64,000 nucleotides of DNA, taken from Polyangiaceae bacterium (GTDB lineage: Bacteria > Myxococcota_A > Polyangia > Polyangiales > Polyangiaceae). The stretch is taken from positions 1 through 64,000 of the forward strand of contig JBNKBE010000006.1 in NCBI GenBank assembly GCA_050287085.1. The letters are read 5' to 3'. The notes beneath the pieces were generated by a model that saw only the letters and a program-made list of their open reading frames with translations, was not told the origin of the DNA and did no database searches. The stretch's first letter is position 1, and each line of letters opens with the position of its first letter. Positions 30,753-39,193 of this stretch are shown here, in pieces. The position numbers and the translations under genes were made by a program.

Positions 30753-31703
30753 CTATTGAAGCAGTAGCTGCGGCGTACCGGTCGTGACAGCGCCCTTGCG
30801 CACGACCAAGCCGACCTGGCCCAGGCTCCCGCCCGTGCTCGCCGACGCGAAAGAGACAACTGTGTTGCCGGGAGGAAAGTTCACGAAACCTGCCACGCCC
30901 GACGTGGTTGTCTTGGACAGATCGCTCGACGGAATTCCGTCGAGCGAATAGAACCTCACCGACGCGCCATCAACCCCCGTCGAGCTGATCTCAACGTCTT
31001 CGGCAAGACCGAGGCAGTCGAGTAGAGTGAGGAATAGATGCCCCTTCTCCGGATCCGGCTCTGTTCCGATGGCCGCAGTGAGGCCGCCATAGATCAGGTC
31101 TTCCGGCAAGAGGCGCACCGGAGGAAGTTGCCCATCCACGGGGAAGCGGACTGGTAGCGCGTGAATCTGAGGCACGAAGCCCTCAGCGTGAAACTCCACG
31201 TACCCGCGAAACCCGGCCTCCAAACGCAGCTTCAGTGCCCCGTCGTCGCCGACGCGGGCCTCCTGCAACGGATTGAGGCATTCCGGGTCCATATTCCAGC
31301 AAACTCGAGCCGACACGCCGGAAAGCGGCTTCCCCATCACGTCCACTACGGGCAGGGCGATCGCGAGCTCCCCCGAAGTCTCGGGAGGCGGCTCGCACGC
31401 AAAGGGATCCAGGCAGAGCTCCGATTTGCAGCGCATGCCGGCAACGCAATCTGCGCTTACATCGCAAGTCTGCGGTTCATTTGTGGACTCATCGGCCACT
31501 TCTACGCATCGCCCGGCCTGACATTCCGAAGCGACAAACGCCTCTCCCCGGGCCCTGCAGTCCGCCGTGACGCTGCATTGCTCTCGCGCGTCGTCGATGA
31601 CGAGCGTGCAGGCGTTGATCGCCACCGCGGCGGGCGCCAGCACGAGTGCACACGAGGCAAGTCCAGCGCCCGGTAAGCGTTGGATGCTGCTAATCCGAAG
31701 CAT
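30753..31703 (-). CDS. Secreted Cys-rich protein (possible lipoprotein) with beta-sandwich/carboxypeptidase-regulatory-like repeats
   Basis: Hydrophobic N-terminus with INAC, two small Cys-rich modules, then G.PLSGV..RVC and T..SG.AGFVN.PPG. Confidence 0.65.
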   Translation of the reverse strand: MLRISSIQRLPGAGLASCALVLAPAAVAINACTLVIDDAREQCSVTADCRARGEAFVASECQAGRCVEVADESTNEPQTCDVSADCVAGMRCKSELCLDPFACEPPPETSGELAIALPVVDVMGKPLSGVSARVCWNMDPECLNPLQEARVGDDGALKLRLEAGFRGYVEFHAEGFVPQIHALPVRFPVDGQLPPVRLLPEDLIYGGLTAAIGTEPDPEKGHLFLTLLDCLGLAEDVEISSTGVDGASVRFYSLDGIPSSDLSKTTTSGVAGFVNFPPGNTVVSFASASTGGSLGQVGLVVRKGAVTTGTPQLLLQ

Positions 31704-32194
31704 GATGCCCGCAAAGTACCGACTGCGACGGATACGAGCCAGGGAGATCCACCACGCCAGGGCGACCTTGAAAAGACCGTGTTCGAATCTGCGAGGACCA
31801 TCGGCATCCCTTCATCTGGAGTGGAACGCACGGCACGTTGCCGTGCCGGTGTAGCGCGGGCTGCGTATGAGAACTGGACTCCTGTTTCGGATCGAACAGA
31901 TGAGTCGACGCGATTGGAACATGTGTTCACCTGGCCCGAGCGCTCCACCCTCCCCTGGCGCCATGCCGAGGAGTTCATGTGCCGCAGCCAGTGCGACCGA
32001 TTCCTTTTCGTCACAGGTCTTCGCGGATGCAACTGTCGGCAGCAGCCGCCGCGCCGCGGTGCATCGATGGCAGAGCAGGCAATTCGCTCGGAAACCGATA
32101 CCGGGGCTCGGATGAAAAATCGAAGTGGACCGGGAGGCTCGAGGGGACCGATCCCGCTTGCTAGCACCCAGGATTTGACCGAGACTTTGAGGGC

Positions 32195-33223
32195 ATGCCG
32201 ACAACCGTCCAGGATGAGCTATTGGCCCTCACCGAGGCTCTCCGGGCGCACGTCCAATGGCTTGACGCCTGTGGTTTTGCGGACCTCCCACCGGCAAGCG
32301 AGGCGCAACTGGAGGCCCGACGCGGCCAGTATCGACAATACGTCCTGACGGACAGCGACCTCACGGAGCTCGAGTGGACGCAGGCGAGCGACCACGAGGA
32401 CACCGCCGTCGAGCAGAGGGCCCACGGGGCGCCCCCCCTTCGCGAGGCACCCAGTCCAACGGCCACCGCCCACTCTGCGGCCACCGCCCACTCTGCAGCC
32501 GCCGCTCACTCTGCAGCCGCCGCTCACTCTGCAGCCGCCGCTCACTCTGCAGCCACCGCTCCTTCCCTAGCCGGGCCCGATGCGGCCCCGGCGTCTCGGG
32601 CTTCGGAAGCCGCTCCATCGGCGGCACCCGCACGTCCCCCTCTGCTGTCCGTCCTGGATCCGACGAAACTCGCGCTCGAGCTTGAGCCGCTGGCCACCCA
32701 GGTCGCCGAATGCAAGGCGTGTGGGCTCTGTCAGGAACGGACAAACACGGTCTTCGCTCGCGGTACGGGCGCGTCAGGTGTGTGTTTTATCGGCGAGGGA
32801 CCCGGCTCGGAAGAAGACGCTCAAGGACTGCCTTTTGTTGGCCCCGCCGGACAACTACTGGATCGCATGATAGCCGCCATGGGGTTGTCGCGCGACAGCG
32901 TCTACGTCTGTAACATCGTCAAGTGCCGCCCGCCCCGCAATCGCAAGCCCAGCGCCGAAGAGATGGCGGCTTGTCGCCCTTATCTGGAACGTCAACTGCA
33001 GCTACTTCAACCACGGATCATCGTGGCGCTGGGTGCTACGGCCGTATCTGGCCTACTCGGTATCGATAGCGGCATCACCCGACTGAGGGGCAATTGGCGC
33101 TTGTATCGCGGCAAGATCCCCGTGATGCCAACGTTTCACCCAGCGTATCTGCTACGACAGCCGAGTGCCAAGCGGCAGGTCTGGGAAGATCTGCAGGCCG
33201 TTATGCGCGAGCTTGAACGCTGA
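32195..33223 (+). CDS. Uracil-DNA glycosylase family 4 (Fe-S) with N-terminal low-complexity extension
   Basis: CKACGLC, FIGEGPG.EED..G.PFVG.AG.LL, NIVKCRPP.NR.P and TFHPAYLLR. Confidence 0.93.
   Translation: MPTTVQDELLALTEALRAHVQWLDACGFADLPPASEAQLEARRGQYRQYVLTDSDLTELEWTQASDHEDTAVEQRAHGAPPLREAPSPTATAHSAATAHSAAAAHSAAAAHSAAAAHSAATAPSLAGPDAAPASRASEAAPSAAPARPPLLSVLDPTKLALELEPLATQVAECKACGLCQERTNTVFARGTGASGVCFIGEGPGSEEDAQGLPFVGPAGQLLDRMIAAMGLSRDSVYVCNIVKCRPPRNRKPSAEEMAACRPYLERQLQLLQPRIIVALGATAVSGLLGIDSGITRLRGNWRLYRGKIPVMPTFHPAYLLRQPSAKRQVWEDLQAVMRELER
32462..32560 (+). repeat. 18-bp in-frame tandem repeat x5.5 encoding A(T/A)AHSA
   Basis: GCC(A/G)CCGC(C/T)CACTCTGC(G/A) units. Confidence 0.92.
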
Positions 33224-33253
33224 CGGCGTCTACTGAACTCTGACGGCGTCTGC
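33214..33253. repeat. 20-bp direct duplication spanning the udg stop codon
   Basis: TGAACGCTGACGGCGTCTAC followed by TGAACTCTGACGGCGTCTGC. Confidence 0.8.
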
Positions 33254-33276
33254 CAAACCCCGAGGTCCCCAGGACC

Positions 33277-33296
33277 CGGCCCCCCAACGGGGGCCG
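33277..33296. terminator. GC hairpin between convergent udg and trxB
   Basis: CGGCCCCC-CAAC-GGGGGCCG forms an 8-bp stem. There is no U-tract. Confidence 0.45.
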
Positions 33297-33333
33297 CCCC
33301 TCAGAGCGTCGGCACAAACAACGGCTGTGTTCT

Positions 33334-34296
33334 TCAACTGTGCTCTGCAAGCCAGCGCTCGGCGTCAAGCGCCGCCATACACCCCGTACCAGCCGCGGTG
33401 ACCGCCTGCCGATAGATCCAGTCCGCGCAATCGCCCGCGGCAAACACGCCCGGAACGCTGGTGCGTGTCGAGCCGGGTTGCACTTTGAGATAGCCATTGT
33501 CGTGAAGCTCCAGTTGGCCACGCACCAACTCCGTCATGGGGGTGTGCCCGATGGCCACAAACATGGCCGAAACGTCCAGGGTGCTCACCTCGCCGGTCTG
33601 GATATTCTTCACCTTCACCCCGGTGACTGTATCCTGAGCGACGTCGAGCACCTCCTCTACGACGTGATGATACAGAATTTCGATATTCTTGGTGGCCATC
33701 ACACGCTCCTGCATGGCCTGAGACGCGCGGAACTCCCCTCGTCGATGGATGAGCGTCACCTTTTCGCATAGTCCGGAAAGGTAGTGAGCTTCCTCCATGG
33801 CCGTGTCTCCGCCACCAACGACGCAAACGGGCTTTCTTCTGAACAGTGCTCCGTCACATACCGCACAGGCGCTCACGCCCTTGTTCTTCAGCACCTCCTC
33901 GCTCGGCAGACCGAGGTAGTTGGCCCGCGCGCCCGTCGAAATGATGACGGTCTTGGCCAAATGCAAGATGTCCTCGCCCTCGCCGACCCAGACCTTGAAC
34001 GGACGCTCCGAGAAGTCCACGCGCTGAACATCCGCCGTTATGAACTCGGTGCCCTGCTTTTCGGCCTGCTCGCGAAAGCGCTCCATCAGCTCCTGCCCGG
34101 TGACGCCGCTCGGAAACCCCGGGTAGTTCTCGACGTCCGTCGTGAACATCAGCTGCCCTCCCGGCACCAACCCCCCCGCGTTGAAGCCCTCCACACACAG
34201 CGGCTTCAGATTGGCGCGAGCTGCATAGATGGCAGCGGTGAGCCCCGCCGGTCCTGAGCCGATGATGAGAACGTCGTGCACTTTGGGTTCGGTCAT
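33334..34296 (-). CDS. trxB: Thioredoxin-disulfide reductase
   Basis: GSGPAG.TAAIY, GGQL..T..VENYPG, SACAVCDG, GGGDTAMEEA and YRQAVTAAG.GC.AA. Confidence 0.97.
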   Translation of the reverse strand: MTEPKVHDVLIIGSGPAGLTAAIYAARANLKPLCVEGFNAGGLVPGGQLMFTTDVENYPGFPSGVTGQELMERFREQAEKQGTEFITADVQRVDFSERPFKVWVGEGEDILHLAKTVIISTGARANYLGLPSEEVLKNKGVSACAVCDGALFRRKPVCVVGGGDTAMEEAHYLSGLCEKVTLIHRRGEFRASQAMQERVMATKNIEILYHHVVEEVLDVAQDTVTGVKVKNIQTGEVSTLDVSAMFVAIGHTPMTELVRGQLELHDNGYLKVQPGSTRTSVPGVFAAGDCADWIYRQAVTAAGTGCMAALDAERWLAEHS

Positions 34297-34395
34297 GTTG
34301 TTGCTTCCGTATCGATACTTATCCGGCCCGCAGGGCCTGCAAAACTTGCCTCGCGCTCGCGACGGGAACCCCGCAGGGAGCCAGAGGCCATAGGC

Positions 34396-36036
34396 TCAGT
34401 CCGGCATCGGGCTGGCCTTGAGCGCCGCCTTGCCGTCTTTGATATAAACCGAGAACTTGACGCGTCGAACGTTGTGCTTCTGCTGGATCGCCGCCTCGTT
34501 CTTGCGCAGAGTGACCTCGAACTTCTCGTACGTTAAGCTCTGCGTGTTTTCGCCGCAGCGCTCCTTCGTGGCGACGAACTCCGCGTAGATCTCTCGCCAG
34601 CTGGGATCGATCTCGCGCACCCGTGGCATGGGTTCGGTGCTGTGCTGCCCTTGGCCACCGGCCTCCACCAAAGTTGAGGCGAAGTTGCCTCCCGGAGCCG
34701 AGCTCGCGTCGGTCAACAACGTGGCGCCTGGTCCAATCGGCTTTCTGCGAGGCGGCGGAGGCATCGGCAGCCCACCGCCGCGGGGGCCCTCCTCCGCAGC
34801 GGGCGGCGTGGCCACTGGCGCCTCGGGGAAGTCAAACGCGCTCATCGCTGGCTGCTCTGGCAGCTCTCCAAGAACAGCTTTGAGGTCCGCCGCGCGCCGC
34901 GAGCCGCCGCCCTTGGCCACGGCGTGATCGATCCCGTCATTGATCTGCGTCGCGAGCTTCCTGTAGGCGCCGGAAACGCGACTGGCCTGGACGTGATCCT
35001 CCTTGCCGGCCGCAAACGCCCCCGCGAGCGCCGCGAAGCGCTGCAGCGGTCTGGTGTGTTCCAACACGGTGAAGCCAATTCCAAGACCCGCGGTGAGCAG
35101 GGCCACGGCCAATACGATCAGCCAGTTCGCGTTGGCCTTGTCCTTGTCGTCTGCGTTGAAGAAAAAGCCGATAGGAGACTTAACAGGGGTGAACTTGCGC
35201 CCCACGACATATCCGGCGCCCAGCGACCACGCATCACCGGGTATCCGGGAGTAGACGGCCGAGACATCACCCGACAGGCGGCGAACCGTGCTGCGACCCC
35301 GTTCGCGATAGTCTTCATCCTCGTCAATCGTCTTGATATCGCGAACCAGCCCCGCGAGATCAGCCTTCAAGAAGCCCTCGGGAGTCGCCGCGGCTATGCG
35401 CTCACCGTCTTTATAGAACGCGATTGCGGCGCCGGTCCGTGCCGACACATCGGCGGCAAACTCCTCGTCAACGGTCCTGAGTCCGACGACCGCACCGGCG
35501 GGCAGCTCGGTGGTTCCCGATTCGATCGGCCGAGCGACGGCCAGGTGAAGTCGCTTCCAGGCAAACGAACCATCCCGCACGTAGCCGTGCAGCGCATCCG
35601 CAACCAGCGGGTACCCGCCCAACTCGAAAGGTCGACCTTGTGTCTGCTCGAAGCCCAATTGGCCTACGACGCGGCCCCGTTGATCGACGGCGAAGAGAGC
35701 ATCAAAAGCAAACTCCTTGGGAACCGAAGTCGCCAGTTTGGCGAGCGCCGCGTTGGCGCGATCGCGCGCCTCTTTGGGTACCTCGCCCTTGGTGTTGGAC
35801 TGATTCACGGCAGCCGAAACGTCGGGATGCAACGCAAAGCGCAATAGCTGTGCCGAGCGCTCGCGCGCCATGCTCCGCATGCCCCAAGAAACAACTTGGG
35901 CGTCCGCCGAAAGCCCTTCCGCGAGCACACGCCCTCCAACCCGATCGTACATGCTCTGGGCCAGATACCCTCCAAACACGACCGTGCCCAAGAGCAGCCC
36001 CAGGACGACGTACCAGAAGCGAGAAAGAAGCATCAT
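34396..36036 (-). CDS. MXAN_5187-like membrane protein (periplasmic Cache-like domain, HAMP-like segment, conserved C-terminal domain)
   Basis: Two TM helices flank a periplasmic domain. C-terminal Y.EF...K..CGE....LTYEKF...L.KN......K....V.F.VY.KDGKAALKA. Confidence 0.7.
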   Translation of the reverse strand: MMLLSRFWYVVLGLLLGTVVFGGYLAQSMYDRVGGRVLAEGLSADAQVVSWGMRSMARERSAQLLRFALHPDVSAAVNQSNTKGEVPKEARDRANAALAKLATSVPKEFAFDALFAVDQRGRVVGQLGFEQTQGRPFELGGYPLVADALHGYVRDGSFAWKRLHLAVARPIESGTTELPAGAVVGLRTVDEEFAADVSARTGAAIAFYKDGERIAAATPEGFLKADLAGLVRDIKTIDEDEDYRERGRSTVRRLSGDVSAVYSRIPGDAWSLGAGYVVGRKFTPVKSPIGFFFNADDKDKANANWLIVLAVALLTAGLGIGFTVLEHTRPLQRFAALAGAFAAGKEDHVQASRVSGAYRKLATQINDGIDHAVAKGGGSRRAADLKAVLGELPEQPAMSAFDFPEAPVATPPAAEEGPRGGGLPMPPPPRRKPIGPGATLLTDASSAPGGNFASTLVEAGGQGQHSTEPMPRVREIDPSWREIYAEFVATKERCGENTQSLTYEKFEVTLRKNEAAIQQKHNVRRVKFSVYIKDGKAALKASPMPD

Positions 36037-36843
36037 TTACTGGCCCTCCGTCGGCTTGCTCTTCGGCGTCGCCACGACCAGTGGCGTGCGGGATATGTCG
36101 AGCACAGCGGCCGGGGCAGCGAGTGGCGCGGGCAGCTCCGCGCCCACTTGCTTACCCGCGAAGTAGGCGCGCACTACGTATTGACCCGGCACCTCATGAA
36201 CCAGAGCGAAGCGACCATCCAGGGATGGGTGAGCTACGGCAGCCACGTTGGGTTCCGACACGACCCACATGCGCAGACTGGGAAACGCCTCGTCTCGGAT
36301 CTCGTAGACCCCAGGCCCTGGAACCGCCCAGGTACGCTCTTCACCAGCTTGGGTCGGAGCCGCGGAGAACCCGTTCTGGCCCACGGCATACAAGCGATGG
36401 GTAAACGGATCTGCGTTCTTGAACTTCAGAGCGGTTCCGGGGGTCACGACAAGAGTGACGGAACTGGTGCGCCCGCCCGCCACCATCACATCTACCGCCC
36501 TCATCTTCGGAGCGGACTCCGGCGCGATCAAGACGACGGCAAGCTCAGCCGGAATATACGGAAAGAGTCGACGCATCTTCGCGCTTACGGTGGACACCGG
36601 TTCGCGAAACGTATAGCCGTGGGCCTGGGGCTTCTTGGCCTCGGCCCACACCGGATTGACAAGCTCGGTATACCCCGCAAGCCGTCCACGGACCTCGCCG
36701 GCAGAAGCCCATCCCGAGGCGAGCGCCACCACCAGTCCGGCAAGAGCGGCAGGTACTATCCGGCCCGCGCGAGCCACCCCTCTGCGGGCCACCCTTCTGC
36801 GGGCCACCACAGCGCACCAATCCACGTTAGAAAGTCCTCTCAT
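36037..36843 (-). CDS. Exported protein with cupredoxin-like / beta-sandwich domains
   Basis: Signal peptide ending ASA, V.PGT.L.F.N.DP..H.LY and DGRF.L....PG.Y.V. Its stop abuts the start of the next gene. True start is probably downstream of 36843. Confidence 0.65.
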   Translation of the reverse strand: MRGLSNVDWCAVVARRRVARRGVARAGRIVPAALAGLVVALASGWASAGEVRGRLAGYTELVNPVWAEAKKPQAHGYTFREPVSTVSAKMRRLFPYIPAELAVVLIAPESAPKMRAVDVMVAGGRTSSVTLVVTPGTALKFKNADPFTHRLYAVGQNGFSAAPTQAGEERTWAVPGPGVYEIRDEAFPSLRMWVVSEPNVAAVAHPSLDGRFALVHEVPGQYVVRAYFAGKQVGAELPAPLAAPAAVLDISRTPLVVATPKSKPTEGQ

Positions 36844-37295
36844 CGGCGCTATACGCTAGTGCAGGACCTGCGATGACGGAAGGACGAACGGGCGAAATGC
36901 TGGGGACGAGGGTGACGACCGAACGGGCCGCCGCTTCGCCTCCCACGATGCGCTTCGCCTCCCACGATACATAGAGAATGGGCTGCCTCGCAGGCAGCCC
37001 ATTCAGGTTGTTCCGTACCGCAGAGATCCGATGGATAATTAGCGAGCCGTGAACCCCTAGAGAATCTAGGTGGAAGAGTCTCACACGACTTCTGGCTTCC
37101 CAGTCTGGGCTGGGCCTAGCGCTCCGCCGATATGTCGTCTTCCTGGTTCATTCCGAGTAAGGGATTCATCTTTCGCACCGGTCGCGACCCACAGAGGGAA
37201 CACCGAAAATGTATTTCCTTCGGCGCGAGTAGTCAATGCGCACCGCAAGACAACAAAAGTTGGCCCCCCGCGTCCGGCCGTGGCAGCGGCCTACC

Positions 37296-39116
37296 ATGTC
37301 TCTCCAAACGGCCGTTGCGGAGCAACACCCACGTCATCGCCTAGCCATTCGTTTAGGTCGCGTGCCCGGCGAGAGCCGAGGCGCCCTGCTGTGGTACGTC
37401 GACGCCCGCATCGAAGAGGCGCTAGCGGTGATGGGGGCGCTACCACGTCCCAACTACGTCAAGCCCAACGCCGACGAACTGGTCTTGGATCAGTTGTATC
37501 GCGCGCGACTGGTGGGCATCGAGTACATCGACCTCTGCTTCGAAACTCTCGCGGACCTGGAACAGGACGGCGCACTCGACCCGGCGGATCAAGCCGCTTG
37601 GGACCAGTGGCAACGCCTCACCCGCAGCAAGCCCCTGTCGCTGCAAGTAGCGCACCAACCAGCCCCGCAGGCGCTCCCCCCGTCACGCGCCCGCGACCAG
37701 ACCAGCCCGGAGAAGGGGCGCTTCTTCGACCGAAAGAACTTCTTCGCTGACGACGACGGAATCGAAGGCTTCGAGCTGGAAGAGAGCCCCTCTGCCAGCA
37801 GCGCAAGTGGCGTGCACCCAAGACCCGCTGCGCTCTCCCTCAAGCCGCTTTCCGCTCCTACCCTGCGCGTTCCGCGGCCAAGCGAGCTGTCCTATGAGGA
37901 CGCCGAATACCGTTCGGACGCCCCTTATCCCTCGGCGAACTCGACGCCGGAAGAGCCGCTGCGCCACGCGGCGGAGTCAAGGGGCTCCGCTCCACCGGAA
38001 CAAGCCGAAGACGCCGGCGCCGCCCTGCTCGCTTCTGCCTCCAGCGCGACTGACCACAGCGAGTTCCACGCGCCCTCCACGCGTAGTGACTTCGAGCCCG
38101 CAACGCGTAGCGAGTTCGAGCCCGCCGGTCCTGAACCCGCCGGTCCTGAACCCACCGGTCCCGAACCCACCGGTCCCGAACTCACCAGGCACCAGCCCAC
38201 CGCCAAGGGAAGCGCCCCCCCGAACGGCCCTGGAGCTGAATTTGAGGAAGCGAAGCGGCGCGTTGCCCCCACCGGGCGACGCGATCCCCTCGTTCCGCCC
38301 GGCTTTGAGCCCGAGGCGGCCGCGCGGGCCCTGGCGGAAAGTGGTGCGACCACCTTCGAAGCGGTCGAAGCCCTCTTCCTCAACCACTACCTTCCCCTTC
38401 GTCACGTGGCTTTGGCGGGAAGCGATGCTCAGGCGAGCGCCCTCGAAGCGGCGCTCAGCACCTTCGATCACCAGTTCGGCGAGAGCTATCTGAAGGCTTT
38501 TCCGCGTCTGTCTGGCCGAGGAGTGCGGCCGAAGATGGTCCTCGATGCACCCCGACTCTCCCAAACGGCCGCCCGCGAAGCCGGCGCGAGCGGCCGGCGG
38601 ATGTTGTTGGTCGATGGGCTCCGCGTGGACATCGGCGTTCGGGTCGCAGCCAAATTGGAGCTTCAACTCCTGGGTCACGCGACCTTGATCGACAGCGGTC
38701 TGCTCTGGGCCGCACTGCCCGCAACGAGCGCGGTCCAGTTGGAACTGCTGGCCAAGGGCGCCGACGGCCTGCGTCACGTCGAAGGCACGTTGCAAGAGAG
38801 TGAGCTGGTGGCGCGGAACCAAGCACGCAAGGTCCGAGGCCTACGAGCCGGCCCGCACTCCCTCTCCAAACTCGACATCGTGGAGGTCGCTCGTAGCGGC
38901 GCAACAACGCGCACCAGCCTCGATCAACTCGCGGCCGACGTGGCCGTGAGCAGCGCGCGCTTCATCAAGGCTCAGGCGCCCGGCACGCTGGTCTGGTTGT
39001 TCGGCGACCATGGCTTTGCCACCCAGGAGCCGGGTGCCGTGCCCAGTCCTGAGGCGGTGTTGGTGCCGTACCAAGCTTGGCTGGTAGGGTCGGACGATGA
39101 AGCGTCAAGGGGATGA
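37296..39116 (+). CDS. Hypothetical protein with C-terminal degenerate PglZ/alkaline-phosphatase-like domain
   Basis: LLVDGLR.D, AALPATS, FGDHGF and SPE.VLVP appear in PglZ-like order. A long acidic/Pro linker precedes them. Confidence 0.6.
   Translation: MSLQTAVAEQHPRHRLAIRLGRVPGESRGALLWYVDARIEEALAVMGALPRPNYVKPNADELVLDQLYRARLVGIEYIDLCFETLADLEQDGALDPADQAAWDQWQRLTRSKPLSLQVAHQPAPQALPPSRARDQTSPEKGRFFDRKNFFADDDGIEGFELEESPSASSASGVHPRPAALSLKPLSAPTLRVPRPSELSYEDAEYRSDAPYPSANSTPEEPLRHAAESRGSAPPEQAEDAGAALLASASSATDHSEFHAPSTRSDFEPATRSEFEPAGPEPAGPEPTGPEPTGPELTRHQPTAKGSAPPNGPGAEFEEAKRRVAPTGRRDPLVPPGFEPEAAARALAESGATTFEAVEALFLNHYLPLRHVALAGSDAQASALEAALSTFDHQFGESYLKAFPRLSGRGVRPKMVLDAPRLSQTAAREAGASGRRMLLVDGLRVDIGVRVAAKLELQLLGHATLIDSGLLWAALPATSAVQLELLAKGADGLRHVEGTLQESELVARNQARKVRGLRAGPHSLSKLDIVEVARSGATTRTSLDQLAADVAVSSARFIKAQAPGTLVWLFGDHGFATQEPGAVPSPEAVLVPYQAWLVGSDDEASRG
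38121..38180 (+). repeat. 15-bp in-frame tandem repeat x4 encoding P(A/T)GPE
   Basis: CCC(G/A)CCGGTCC(T/C)GAA x4. Confidence 0.9.
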
Positions 39117-39193
39117 CAATAGGCGCTGACAACGAGTGAAGATCCAGACGCTCCGGCCTTGAGTGCAGCCCCTGCGCGGCCGTATTGCGAGCC

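Noticed and set aside
31704..32194. ORFs in the ~490-bp divergent intergenic region, plus the inverted repeat GCACGGCA-CGT-TGCCGTGC
   Set aside because: No recognisable protein features; a single hairpin is not enough to call an element.
37296..39116. BREX defence system
   Set aside because: Only a degenerate PglZ-like domain is present; no brxC, pglX, brxL or brxA/B.
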